Positions 12,325-26,223 are shown, counted from the stretch's first letter. The stretch is 61,569 nt of DNA from Octopus sinensis (GCF_006345805.1 NW_021834006.1:1-61569), one strand, 5' to 3'. Translations and numbers: made by a program. Notes: generated by a model from the sequence alone, not told the origin.

Positions 12325-12698
12325 ATTTACCGGTTAGTAAATGTTTTATCTTCATTTCACTTAATTTATCAAGCTTCTGTTATTCCTAGCACATATTCGC
12401 TTAATGTATGATATAATGAAATAATATATGGCTTGTGTTAGTAATACCAGCGATTATAATATTTTTATTTTATCGCAATTTGATTTGTTTATATATATAT
12501 ATATATATATATATACATACATACATACTGCGCGTGACTTTAAACAGTATTCGGTCGAGGGAGTCTGGCTCGGGAATTCCAGCGTGTTAAGGTATGTGGA
12601 ACGACCTCTATGCCATTATTGTTCCAATGTCTGGCCCCTCCGCCAAAATTTCAGACCTTGTGCCTAGAGTAGAACAGAAAATTTATATATATATAAGT

Positions 12699-13109
12699 TG
12701 TAAAGTGGGTTCCTCGCACTGGTGTAATGTTCTGTTGTACTGTAGTTGCTGTTTTACGCTAGTAGCCACAGTAGTTACTAGTTATCGGATACCGTTGTAT
12801 CCCTTCGAACCGGAATAGTAATACATTAAATTCTTCTGTATTACTATCGGTGATAGCTCCACAAGACACCGACTAGAACTGTCGACTCTCAACTCTTCGA
12901 CTCTCGACCCTCCCTTGACGACCGGCCACTGGTCTATTTATAATGGCTGGTTCCTACCACTTTTTACACGACAGTGTATAAAAAGTGCTGTTATTGAAGA
13001 AAGAGCTCAGTGAAATGCAAGTTATTATATAAGGTAGACTGTTATACTGTCACATTGATACTGTATCAAAGCTTGCTCGCTGTCGTTGTCAAAGAAAGAT
13101 TCCACGACA
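12699..13109 (-). mobile_element. Possible solo LTR
   Basis: TGT...ACA ends with near-TSD AAGT/AATT. Minus-strand TTATAAATAG is followed by a purine-rich R-like stretch. Confidence 0.35.
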
Positions 13110-13436
13110 AATTTACGAGGAATTTTTATCACATCGACCAATTACTGAATCATTAAAACTTCGAATCTTTCTGATTGTTGTTTCTACGTTCTGCCACTAA
13201 TTATTGGACAATAAAGAATTTACTGAAGGAATAATAGAATAATGTCTGTGGAATGGTTATAGAAAACTACATGTTTTCATGGAAATATTTGAATTCATTT
13301 TTCTTTTTATTCTTTATTTTGTAATCTTTTTTTATTTTTAATCATGGCATTTTATACATTTTTATCTGAAGTTGTGGAGCCGAATTGTCTCTGGTTTCAG
13401 ACAGATTTTACAAACACACATGCAGCAAGTACACAC

Positions 13437-13474
<38 letters not shown>

Positions 13475-14713
13475 ACACACACTCACTCACACACTCGCAA
13501 GCACGCATGCACGCATATATATGTATATATTTACACACATACACACCATATATATATTCATACATACACTCATACATTCGTCTACATATGAGTGCGTATA
13601 TGTGTGTGTGTGTGTGTATAAGGCACACAAATACACACACACGTATATATATATGTGTGTGTGTGTGGTGGTCGGCACACACACACACACAAACAAACAT
13701 GTATACATGGACTGCACACACACGTATATGTAAATATCAATTTTATTTATTCTCTAATACAAAATCATAAAATGCTTAATAGAAGTTAATGTGTTCAGTG
13801 TGTAGGATGCTACGTTTATGTTGGCTGACCTGGGATTGCATTAACCCTAATGTCAGTTTCGTTTTTCCTTTCTTCGATCATACACATATGAGGGTAATAA
13901 AGTTCTAAGATTTGTCATATCCCATTAATTCCAGTCATCTGAAGAGAAAGTTGACAGAACGTACGAAACTGTGGTTTGGGATTAAGTAATAAGGGAGATA
14001 GCTGCATCTCCATTATATATTAAACAATCGGGAACAAGTACTGATATTTGAATTAGAAAAAAATACCCTAATTAACTGTCGGTTGAAAGTTTGTTTATAA
14101 AAAGGCTCCTTTGTTCTTTTGTATTTCCTGCACCCTGGTTTCTTGGTATATTTATACAAGTTTATGGTTAGTGTGGTGAATTTTTACTTCTGATCAAGGC
14201 ATAGCTAAATGCTGGCAATCAGACTTTACCTGGCAAAAATAACTTTTAATCGTTAGCCAATTATGACACCTTTTCTTTTTAATTTTAAATATCAGCATCA
14301 GCGAAAGTACTATTGTTTCTTACCTGTTTGAGAATATTTTAAGCTACGTAGGTTTATCTCCCTTGTTGGCTGGCATGTTTATAACAGGGCTGCTTCCATC
14401 TCATGGCCCATGACAGATTCGAACTAAACTTTGACAGCTAGTCATTGCACATAGACACACACTCGTAAAAAGCTAATAAGCGCATAAACAGCACACCCAT
14501 TAAGCGTGTAACATCAGTAACATTTTCATAATTAGAGCTGCATACAATTCAAAATTTAATTTTTTATTTTACTTAAGCGGTTCCGTTGCACATCAGGCTC
14601 TACACTATTTACATATGAAACTCAGACCAGCGATTCCAGTCTTTTCGGGATGTCTTGGGTATGCAAAACCGATGAGCTGAATTATCATTGATACATTAGG
14701 GTCTTTATCATTA

Positions 14714-15120
14714 TCTCTATATATATAAACGGCAGTTTGTCTGTCTGTGTGTCTGTGTGGCTGTCAGGTTGTACCTTCACCCTGACCACGGCTTTCAACC
14801 GATTCTGATGAAACTTGACACACACATAGCCCAATGTTATAATTCAAAACTAACGCAGCGAAAATTTTGAAAAGTTCCCCCAGTTCTGAAAAAAATCGAT
14901 AAATGCAACAAGGAGTCGAGAATCTAAGCTTTTTACATGCAACACATTTTATGTCGGGAGACAGCTAGGAACATCGTATACATAGAAGTATTCGAGTGAA
15001 GAGAAGACATTGCAACCTACACATGCGCCTTCGTTCCTAGAGAGAAAGAACTAGATTGGGATTAGTCGTTACCTACTAGGGGCTCTTACATACCCGGGCA
15101 ACGCCGGGCTATGCTGCTAG
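14714..15120 (+). mobile_element. Non-autonomous Helitron (family H1)
   Basis: A|TCTCTATATATATAAA 5' end, subterminal hairpin CCCGGGCAACGCCGGG, CTAG|T 3' end, no TSD. Confidence 0.88.
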
Positions 15121-15295
15121 TTATTGATAGAGACGCTACCGTAGCTGATCGTAATACGGACTTCAACGTATGATGTACGTAATATCATTTGTAGCTTCGT
15201 CTCTTTCGAGTTCATCATTCCAATTAAGAATTTTATATATAATCCGTTAATCCAGACACGTTTTTCTCCCTCCCCACCAACATCTCTTTTTTTCT

Positions 15296-15420
15296 TATTA
15301 TTCCTCTGTTGAAGGCCGTAGGCCCGAAACGTCAAACACTCTTCCATTTGACCTGAGCGTCAAACAAATACACATTGTTTGTTGTTCCCTCGCTTGTCTC
15401 TGTTTTTTTTAGTACAATTT
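15296..15420 (+). mobile_element. Penelope-like pLTR fragment with degenerate hammerhead
   Basis: CUGUUGA-A-GGCC-GUA-GGCC-C-GAAAC-GUC; homologous to 23294-23465 (minus). Confidence 0.5.
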
Positions 15421-15623
15421 TGCACCATTTATGTGTGTTCGTGCGTGCGTGTGTGTATACGTGTGTACGTTTGTGTGTGTATGTGTGTGCGTGCGTGTGT
15501 ATGTACTGGTTTCATCCGGAAACTATGAACATGCTCAGGTGCTGCCATTAAACCCACATGGCAGCGAAGGGCTGTACGTGTGTATGCGCGCGCTTGTGTG
15601 TATATGAATATATAATAAAAAAG

Positions 15624-16008
15624 TGGAGGCGCAATGGCCCAGTGGTTAGGGCAGCTGACTCGCGGTCATAGGATCGCGGTTTCGATTCCCAGACCGGGCG
15701 TTGTGAGTGTTTATTGAGCGAAAACACCTAAAAGCTCCACGAGGCTCCGGCAGGCGATGGTGGTGATCCCTGCTGTACTCTTTCACCACAACTTTCTCTC
15801 ACTCTTACTTCCTGTTTCTGTTGTACCTGTATTTCAAAGGGCCGGCCTTGTCATTCTCTGTGTCACGCTGAATATCCCCGAGAACTACGTTAAGGGTGCA
15901 CGTGTCTGTGGAGTGCTCAGCTACTTACACGTTAATTTCACGAGCAGGCTGTTCCGTTGATTCGGATCAACCGGAACCCTCATCGTCGTAACCGACAGAG
16001 TGCTTCCA
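15624..16008 (+). mobile_element. SINE family C, tail type 1
   Basis: tRNA-like head TGGCCCAGTGGTTAGG..GGTTTCGATTCCC; imperfect TSD ATATAATAAAA(G)AAG. Confidence 0.93.
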
Positions 16009-16513
16009 ATATAATAAAAGAAGTTGAAAATGAACTTGAATCTTCAAAACCATATTTACATTTCATTCACCCATCTCATAATCTCATGATTTCAAATGTA
16101 AACATTAGTAACTTGTATGAAGAAACTTTAAGAAACGTTAAAATGAAATTTGAAGTTTGACGTCTTGCAATAGACATTAATGAATCATTATTTTGATTAA
16201 TTGTCTTAAATACGTCATTTTTAATAAATTTTCAATAGTTGCTTAATGTTTTAGAGTTGTAATTCATGTACTAGTTTGCGTGGTTTTTCTTTTGACGTGA
16301 CTTCTTAAAAATTTGAATAGAAGTGGCTTGTTTTATTACCGTCTGTGAACGCATCGTTTGTTTTTTTTTATTTTGCTATGATTTGTTGACTTCTGGTTTG
16401 TACATCTCAATAGAAATTAATTCACTTTTCCCTGAGGTTTATTTAGAACATAAGTGTAATGGGAACATAAACCCTAATGTTTACTTATTGGCGCGTCTGG
16501 TATTAGGAAATGG

Positions 16514-16898
16514 TGGAGGCGCAATGGCCCAGTGGTTAGGGTAGCGGACTCGCGGTCATAGGATCGCGGTTTCGATTCCCAGACCGGGCGTTGTGAGTGT
16601 TTATTGAGCGAAAACACCTAAAGCTCCACGAGGCTCCGGCAGGCGATGCTGGTGATCCCTGCTGTACTCTTTCACCACAACTTTTTCTCACTCTTACTTC
16701 CTGTTTCTGTTGTACATGTATTTCAAGGGGCCGGCCTTGTCACTCTCTGTGTCACGCTGAATATCCCCGAGAACTACGTTAAGGGTGCACGTGTCTGTGG
16801 AGTGCTCAGCCACTTACACGTTAATTTCACGAGCAGGCTGTTCCGTTGATTCGGATCAACCGGAACCCTCATCGTCGTAACCGACAGAGTGCTTCCAC
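16514..16898 (+). mobile_element. SINE family C, tail type 1
   Basis: Perfect 12-bp TSD ATTAGGAAATGG (16502-16513, 16899-16910). Confidence 0.95.
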
Positions 16899-17539
16899 AT
16901 TAGGAAATGGCATTTGTTGACGTAACACAGTCATTTTACTTTCACTGTTAGTCCCGTCTGTCCTATGTAGTGTACTTTATAGCTATTAATTCTAATACTG
17001 TTAATTAAAGGCTCTGATGCCTTGCCTAAATCTTATATAATTTACTCTATTGCTCTTAATTTTTAGCCCTAGATCGGTCATAACCCAGCAGACTTATGAC
17101 AGTAAGTTCCGGGGACTAAAAAGCAATTGTTCAGTCGTTCGCTCATATTGTGCAATCCATACTTGAGTACGACTTTGGCCAGTAACTCCCAACGACTACC
17201 TCTACATAATTATAAATGACACAGTGTGACACTATGTAGACAAAGGAAAAACGCTTTCAAATACAGAGATAGGGACATATACAAACCATTAATGATTACT
17301 TCTTTTCTGTGGGGAAAACTAGTTAATAAGTCGTAGGAGTAGTGATCTATCCAGGGATGTATGAGAAATTGTCTCTCATCGTGTGCAATATTTATAAATA
17401 CGGTAAGCTTGAGAAATTCTCCGAATCTATACGAAGAATTGACATTAGTCAAGATAATATCTATGTAAATGTTTGCATAGTTATGAAGGAAATAATAGTT
17501 ATTGATATAGAGCTGTAGTGTAAATATAAAATCTTGATA

Positions 17540-17596
17540 AACACACAGACACACACACACACACACAGAAACAAACGCAAACACACACACGGATGT

Positions 17597-17638
<42 letters not shown>

Positions 17639-17701
17639 ATATATACGTATGTATGTATATATGTATATATATATATATATATAGATATATATATATGTAT
17701 G

Positions 17702-17769
<68 letters not shown>

Positions 17770-18047
17770 CATATACATATGAATATATGTATATAAATAT
17801 ATACACACGCATTTAAATATATGTGAATAAATGCTTAACAAGATGTCGTTTTTACATTACGAAACTTTCTTCCCTTACGCATTCTCCCTTTTCATATATA
17901 TGCGAGTATGTGTATGTAAATGTGTATTGATATATATATATATATTTACACACACACACACACACACACCTACGCTTGTATATAAAGCATTTAAAGCCAT
18001 TTGTGCATGTGCATATAGATGTATATGTGTGTATGTATGTACACATA

Positions 18048-18080
<33 letters not shown>

Positions 18081-18089
18081 ATATATATG

Positions 18090-18134
<45 letters not shown>

Positions 18135-18302
18135 GCATATATATATAAATATATGTATGTATATGTATATATGTATATATGTATATGTATATATATATAT
18201 ATACATATATATATGCATATATATATACATATATATATGTATGTATGTATGTGTATATATATATGTACATATATACCGCATATATGTATGTATCTGTCCA
18301 TC

Positions 18303-18378
<76 letters not shown>

Positions 18379-18588
18379 TATATATGTATATGCAGTATAT
18401 ATATATATATAATATATATATATAAAAACATAAACACACTCATATATACATACATACATATATTGTATGCATACAAATATGCAAGTGAGTATATATATGT
18501 CTAATTACAATACATATATGTATATGTGTGCGTGTTCTGTTTGTATGTATTTCTATTTTGTATGTATGAATGTGTATAGGAATGTATG

Positions 18589-18619
<31 letters not shown>

Positions 18620-18725
18620 ATATGTATGTATGTATGTGTGTGTGTATGTATGTATGTATGTGTGTGTATGTGTATGTATGTATGTATGTATGTATGTATG
18701 TATGTATGCATGTGAGTATGTATGC
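17540..18725. repeat. Large (TA)n/(ATGT)n microsatellite field
   Basis: Directly visible. Confidence 0.95.
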
Positions 18726-18834
18726 CACAAGCTGTATTAAAAATGATGTGGAATGAGAATCAATGGAAAGAAAATCTTCAGAATTTGAAGAAAGACAAAT
18801 GAAGTGAGAAATTGTTTCTCCGTGTTTTTGTACC

Positions 18835-19330
18835 AACAGCACCACCACCACTACGACAACAACAGCAGCAGCAACAACAACAACAACAACAACTGTAACA
18901 GTAACAATAGCAACAACAACAACAACAACAGCAGTAATAAGAACAACAATTAAAATTTGCATCAACAGAAACAACTTTATTAACGAGACCGACAGTAGAA
19001 ACAATAGCGACAATAACAACGGCAAGAAACACAACGGCGATAACAGCAGCAATAGCAATAGCAACAGCAACAACAATAACAAAATCTGCATCGACAACAA
19101 TAGGAACAAGAACATCAACAACAGCGCAACGGCGACAACAACGACAGCATCCACAACAATGGTGACAACAACAACTGTGTTTACGGTGAAAATAATGTTT
19201 TTCCATAAGAACAAAAGTCTTGCAGGAATATTGCCTCGTCAGAACAATAACAATTATGTGGCAGCAGCAGTAGCACCAGTAGCAGCAACATGTAACCATA
19301 GCAATAGCAATAGCAACAACAATGCGTTCG
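18835..19330. repeat. Degenerate (CAA/CAG)n region
   Basis: Cryptic trinucleotide simplicity. Confidence 0.85.
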
Positions 19331-19451
19331 CAGCATCACTCGCATGCGGTCGCAAGATATTGTAGAAATAACAGCTAAATCACAGCAAAATATTTTCCTT
19401 CGGTTATTTTTTTTTTTTCTATTTGCTTGCTTTTTCAAAAAAAAAAAAAAA

Positions 19452-19865
19452 GGCGTAGGAGTGGCTGTGTGGTAAGTAGCTTGCTAACCAACCACATGGT
19501 CCCGGGTTCAGTCCCACTGCCTGGCATCTTGGGCAAGTGTCTTCTACTATAGCCCCGGGCCGACCAATGCCTTGTGAGTGGATTTGGTAGACGGAAACTG
19601 AAAGAAGCCTGTCGTATATATGTATATATATATATGTATGTATGTATGTGTGTGTTTGTGTGTCTGCTGTGTTTGTCCCCCTAGCATTGCTTGACAACCG
19701 ATGCTGGTGTGTTTACGTCCCCGTAACTTAGCGGTTCGGCAAAAGAGACCGATAGATTAAGTACTGGGCTTACAAAGTACTGGGCTTACAAAGAATAAGT
19801 CCCGGGGTCGTGTTGCTCGACTAAAGGCGGTGCTCCAGCATGGCCGCAGTCAAAATGACTGAAAC
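19452..19865 (+). mobile_element. SINE family A, full length, with tail duplicated at 19954-20047
   Basis: GGCGTAGGAGTGG start; 182-bp period duplication of the tail plus (CAT)n. Confidence 0.93.
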
Positions 19866-21069
19866 ATCATCATCATCATCACCACCATCACCACAATCAT
19901 CATCATCATCATCTTCATCATCATCATCATCAACAACAACAACATTATCATCAACAAAGTACTGGGCTTACAAAGAATAAGTCCCGGGGTCGAGTTGCTC
20001 GACTAAAGGCGGTGCTCCAGCATGGCCGCAGTCAAAATGACTGAAACATCATCATCATCATCACCACCATCACCACCATCATCATCATCATCATCTTCAT
20101 CATCATCATCATCAACAACAACAACATTATCATCAACAACATTATCATCATCATCATCAACATCATCATCATCATCATCATCATCTTCATCATCATCATC
20201 ATCAACAACAACATTATCATCAACAACATTATCATCATCAGCATTATCATCATCAACATTATCATTATGATCATCATTTTCATCGTCGTAATCATCGTCA
20301 TCTCCATCAACATTGTCATCTCCATCACCATCATCACAATCATCATTATCATCTTCATCATCATCTACAATGACAACAGCTGCAATAACATTGATATTTA
20401 TCAAAACAAATTCCTCGAGAGCTTTATGCTCCTATCTTGATATCGTTGTATCCGATACCGGTTATATCTGTAGATTCAGCATAGTCGAATACTTAAGAGG
20501 TTTGCTTTTCAACCAAACCGTCCGGCTTTCGATCCCGGTGTATGACATCTTGTGCAGGTCCCTTTTTCTATCACTTCTATCAAGGTAACGATAAAAGGAC
20601 TTCGGTTGACAGAAGCTGTGTGAAAATGACGTTTAGGGCACGTGTGTCAGTGGAATACACAGCCACTTAGAATGCTAATCGAGCGAAAGACAGAATCGTT
20701 GAAAGCGACGTTGATCCATCTTCTCTTTACAAGTCATATACAGAGAGAAGATCCATGAATTTGCCAAAGTATATATAGATCCGGGATTATTTGATAAACA
20801 TTTTAACACGCGGTGTACCCTTAGTGGTCAGCTATCATTGAAAGAAGCAAATCCTTCTAGATTAAGTTGAGATGTGTGGAAACATTTGAAATTTACATCA
20901 AAGAACAGAGAAGCTGCTGTCCTAAGCATACACTTTTGATATTTCTTTCTACTCGTTAGAAATATCTTAAAGTTCTTAAAGTTTCTAATAGTTGGATGTC
21001 CTTCTTCTGAATCGTCAGAAAGGCATAATTTGACGCGAATATATTCAACTAAATTACACGTTACGAAAT

Positions 21070-21488
21070 TACTCTTTTACTCTTTTACTCTTTTACTTGT
21101 TTCAGTCATTTGACTGCGGCCATGCTGGAGCACCGCCTCTAGTCGAGCAAATCGATCCCGGGACTTATTCTTTGTAAGCCCAGTACTTATTCTATCGGTC
21201 TCTTTTGCCGAACCGCTAGGTGACGGGGACGTAAACACACCAGCATCTGTTGTCAAGCAATGCTAGAGGGACAAACAAACATATACATACACATACATAC
21301 ATACATACATATATATACATATATACGACAGGCTTCTTTCAGTTTCCGTCTACCAAATCCACTCACAAGGCATTGGTCGGCCCGAGGCTATAGCAGAAGA
21401 CACTTGCCCAAGATGCCACGCAGTGGGACTGAACCCAGAACCATGTGGTTGGTAAGCAAGCTACTTACCACACAGCCACTCCTGCGCC
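21070..21488 (-). mobile_element. SINE family A, full length
   Basis: Head to (AAAAGAGT)3 tail. Confidence 0.93.
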
Positions 21489-22435
21489 TCGAATTAGTTC
21501 ATTTTCTTTTCTTTGCTGCTAAACAAAAGTCTTTGAAATTTGCTTAAAAAGTGTTACATATTGAAAAGTTTTACATATCTTTATTATTCCATTTACAAAT
21601 CGTATGTCTGAAGTGCGTTCAAGCCGGTCTCTTTGCCCGAAAATCCTAACTTATCTTAGCAGTAAGTAAATGTTTATGAACATAACTTAGTAAATATCTC
21701 TTAAGCATTTACTAACATAATTGAGTGCACCAATGATTATTGGTATGAATGTAAAATTACAGTCAGAGAAGAGGAACGGCAAGTGTTGAAGTAGTTGTCC
21801 ATAAATATTCTCCTTTTTGTGAATTTTGAAGAGGTTTTTCACATCTCTTAGAGTAACTAGCCTATATGACTATAGATTTGTACATTACTGCATATACTTT
21901 ATGCGCACTTTTCGACAAGTTGTGGTGCACCTGAGCACTGTATACAATAATTTCATTATTCTCATTATTTATCATTATTTATGATTTTCTCTCTTGTCTC
22001 AAATAGCTAGCTATATCATCCCATTTGAGCTTGAACTAGCTGGAGATTTTGACGAGAATGTTTCACTTATATTTCTTGAACTGGTATTTATGTATGTAGA
22101 AGTGTTTTATATTTATCCAAAGAGCAGCCTTTTCTATAAATAACGTTTTATATTGTTTTATTAACAATATCGAGTAGCAATGAGAGGAAATAGCTCGATG
22201 ATATTTTTGAACATCTTATTATGTGTGTTATGTCCTCCATAGAAGAGTGACACAATCGATATTTACAGCTGCATCTTGAGTGATTAAGGACTTCGCTGTC
22301 TTGTTTGCTCATTTATTATTTCGTAGTTGCCTCCTGCTTTAGAATTGCAAAATCATTATCTTCGAGACGTGATGCAATTTAACAGTCACGAATACAAGAA
22401 AGGCTATATCTCATATTAATATTATTGCCATCGTT

Positions 22436-22786
22436 AAGGCGGTGACCTGGCAGAATTGTTAGCACGCCGGGCAAATTGCTTGGAGGCATTTTGTTCATCT
22501 TTACGTACTGGGTTCAAATACCATCGAGGTTGACTTTGCCTTTCATCCTTTAGGGGTCGATAAGATAAGTATCCGTTGAACACTGGGATCGATCTAATCG
22601 ACTTAGACCCTCCCTTAAAATTGCTGGCCTTATGCCAAAATCTGAAATCATTATTATCTTCATCTTCTAAGGTGGTCAGTAGGCAGAATCGCTAACACAA
22701 AAGGCAAAACGTTTAACGACCTTTCGTCCGTCTTTAACGTTTTGAGTACAAATTCCTCCAGAGTCAACTTTGCCTTTCATCCTTCT
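22436..22786 (+). mobile_element. Two older SINE B copies (22436-22655 with alternative tail; 22668-22786 partial)
   Basis: Diverged matches to the B head and core. Confidence 0.8.
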
Positions 22787-23210
22787 GTTTACAAGTTTAT
22801 AGAAAACCTACCAATGCCAAACATTTTTGCAAATCCCAAATTTTCTCTTTCAGATTTTTGCTGAAATAAGCCATCTCTACGTTTGTGGATTCACATTGAA
22901 GGTAATTTGAGAGTGAAGATTTATTGAAGAATTTTTACTACCGACCCGCAAGATATTTCCTTCATTTTTGAAAAACTAGATTGATAGCATTTTTTGCTGC
23001 TGTTATTTATATGATCTTAAGGCACCTACTCCCTCTTTTCTTCCCAAATAGTATCTGTCAATACACCGTTCCTGTGGAAGTTTGCACTCGATGCCAGGAC
23101 CTTGCAAGTTTTAATGCCTATATCATTTTAAGTCCCCCAGTCTACCATTTTCTACATACATACATACTTACATACATGTGTGTGTGTGTGTATGTATGTG
23201 TGTGTGTGTG

Positions 23211-23242
<32 letters not shown>

Positions 23243-23293
23243 AGAGCGTGTGTATAACATGGTAGAAAAGTGAGCGATATATATATATATATA

Positions 23294-23465
23294 GTTGAAA
23301 TTTACAGGAAAACAAAAGACGAAGACAGCTGTATAAATAACAAAAAGGTGTATTCGTTTAACGCTCGGAAATATGAGAAAGTCTTTTACATTTCGAGCCT
23401 ACGCTCTTCAACAGAAAGGAACACGAGGAAATAAGCAGAGAGAGAATAAAACAACTTTTGGAGCT
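23294..23465 (-). mobile_element. Penelope-like pLTR fragment with degenerate hammerhead (23383-23418)
   Basis: CUUU-CUGUUGA-A-GAGC-GUAG-GCUC-GAAAU-GUA-AAAG, adjacent to a TA tract. Confidence 0.5.
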
Positions 23466-23692
23466 AGCTGTCAATATAAAACCAGAAATGGATCTGATGA
23501 AAGTAGCATTAATTTTCTTAGGTCGTTCAATTTTGCCTCAGCTGATCAATAGACCACTTGAGTAAACCTATCAGTAATGTACCTAGAATGATTACTGGAA
23601 ACAGCTGTAAGCCAAATTTGTTTCAGTCATGAATAATATGTAATGGCCATTATTTTCAACTCGTTTCTTATATAGATATATGTGTGTGTACG

Positions 23693-23734
<42 letters not shown>

Positions 23735-23804
23735 GTATTTACGTATATGTACGTGATTAAACAATACTTGTTTACAGTACCATTTTTTGTCTTGTGTCTT
23801 ATTT

Positions 23805-24244
23805 TCTCTTACTTGTTTCAGTCATTTGACTCTGGCAATGCTGGAGCACAGCCTTGAAGGTTTTTGGCTAAATAAATTGACCCAAGGATGTTTTTAAGCC
23901 TTGTACTTATTTCATCGGCCTCTTTTTGCCGATTCGCTATGTTACAGGGACGTAAACACACAAACACCGGTTGTCAAGCGGTGATTACAAGACAAACACA
24001 GATAGAGATACACAGACATAGATACACATGCACACACACATGCACACACACACATACACACACACACACACACACACAAACACGACATACTTCTTTTAGT
24101 TTCCGTCTATCAAATCCGTTCACAAGCTTTAATCGGATCAGGCTATAGTAGAAGACACTTGCCCAAGGTATCAGGAAGTGGGATCGAACCCGGAACCATG
24201 TTGTTGAGAAGCAATCTGCTTACCAGACAATCACGCTTGTGCCT
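23805..24244 (-). mobile_element. SINE family A, diverged
   Basis: Colinear with the consensus, with many substitutions. Confidence 0.85.
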
Positions 24245-25142
24245 TTATATGATATATTTTCATTATCTAGGAAATCGTATCACTTGTGTTGTGAAAGAGG
24301 AAAGTTAGAGAAACGGTTCAATGATTAAACATGGACATTTCTTTCGGCCAAACATCGTCTTTATATCAGCAGAAAATGTTGTAATCACATCGAGTTAGAA
24401 TTACGATTCCTTTGGCGTCGTAAATACTTCGTGCATAAATCTTTAGATCGTTTACGAGGAAATTATAGTTTGTATTAGTGTCCCTTGCTGTTGTAGACTC
24501 AATGACATAACCGATGGATTTGTGCACAAAGAAATGAGAATGGATTTAAAGCCAAAATAAATACAAAGACGGACAATCACCACGGAATTTTCCTTCAAAA
24601 GTATTGATAACATAAGAAACAGTCATACCACTTTCAGTTACAAGTGTGAGGATCGTAGTCCGGTTCTTTGAGAACTTTTCAATGAGAGCAGCTAAGGCAG
24701 TAGGCATTTTTGCCATATACACTGACTTCTGTAACCATGAATGTGAAATAGAATAGATTTATAATCAAGCCCCATACTATCACAATACTTCTGTGATATT
24801 TCTTTGCGTCGAGAAACACAAGTTATCTACTAAAAGTTGTTCGGACCTTCTGCAAACTCCATTCGTTTCATCTGCCTGCTCGTCAGAAATTACATCATTA
24901 AGTACACAATGGTCTGAGAGGAAATGGCTCAGGCAGTTTGTGTGCATTTTCTACATAATATTAAGGCTGAAGGCCTACAGTTCTTTGCCAAGTCAATGAT
25001 TTTATTCTTAGCTACATTTGTCCAAGCTATATTAAAGTAGTGCATTATATCGATCTGGCTCTCCATAGTTCTTTGAAATATCTCTGTAATTGACTTTCTA
25101 TAAAAAGTCAACATTTTGTACCAGTAACCAACGTATGTGTGT

Positions 25143-25213
<71 letters not shown>

Positions 25214-25826
25214 TGTGTGTGTATATATATATATATATATGTATATTGTATGTATACATGTATGTACTTTTGGTATGTATCGATGTATCTATTTATGTAT
25301 GCATGTGTGTACATATGAATGTATGTGCGTATATATGTGAGGTGGTGTATGTAAAAAGGCAGTCTTTGAATGTAAAAATGAAGAAAAAACAAATGAGACA
25401 GATTGAGTGATTTTCTAGAACAAAAATCCTCAACTTTCAAAGAAAAAAGCGAAAATATGATTTTCTTGCCAGTATTTTAGAAAACTATTTTCCAGTCTAA
25501 CTGGTATCGTTCTAGTCTGGTGTACTTGGTTCCAGTTCTATTGATCGACTTATCTTCCCCATCCTCTCTCTATCCTTTAACCTACTCACAACTTTGTGTC
25601 ACAGTTCCGGTCTACCTAGAATCTCTCCAAGAACGGCCATTGCTGCTGTTCAGGTTCTTTACATGGTATTGAAGAATTTCAAAAACATTGATTGCAAGTG
25701 CTCACAAATATAAAACACACATACACGCACGCATACACTCACACAACACACACATAAACACACAAACGCACACACATACACTCACACAACACACACAAAC
25801 ACACAAACAAACACACATGCACACAC

Positions 25827-25864
<38 letters not shown>

Positions 25865-25885
25865 CTATACCCTCCACAAATACAC
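25865..25885 (-). CDS. Candidate 21-nt symmetric micro-exon (xVFVEGIx)
   Basis: TTTACTTACAG| ... AG|GTGTGT; the donor comes from a (GT)n tract. Confidence 0.15.
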   Translation of the reverse strand: MYLWRV

Positions 25886-26223
25886 CTGTAAGTAAATATA
25901 TATGCACACAAGCAATCATACACCCACATACACACAAACATACACATAGATAATACATAGTAATATATACATTTATGTGAATGTGTATATGTATGTATGT
26001 ATGTGTATTATATATATATATATGTATATGTACATAGAGAGAGAGATACATAGACATGTATGTATGTATATATGTATATATATATATATATTATATATAT
26101 ATATAATATATATATATAATATATATATATACACATATTATGTATGTGTGTGTGTATGTATGTATGTATGCATGTATGTCCACACACACAAACGAATACA
26201 GTCATACACAAACACAGACATAC

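Larger units (their letters stand above)
11572..12490 (+). repeat. Tandem array of ~395-bp hammerhead-containing units (2.3 copies), retrozyme/pLTR-like
   Basis: Units at 11572-11965, 11966-12360 and partial 12361-12490; bounded by (TA)n on both sides. Confidence 0.9.

Noticed and set aside
14215-14340. Two minus-strand CAG|GTAA sites resembling recursive splice points
   Set aside because: Pyrimidine tracts are weak and such sites are expected by chance; no transcript evidence.
14803-14815. CTGATGA motifs here and at about 23494, 33588 and 47980
   Set aside because: No stem II/GAAA/stem III arrangement; 33588 is LINE coding sequence (PDE).
15624-15700. tRNA genes at SINE heads (also 16514, 37277, 58520)
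   Set aside because: A/B boxes are present, but they continue into SINE bodies with tails (and TSDs where visible); no proper acceptor stem or terminator.
20480-20700. Old SINE with an A-like head and C-type tail
   Set aside because: Similarity is patchy; a chimera cannot be distinguished from adjacent decayed fragments.
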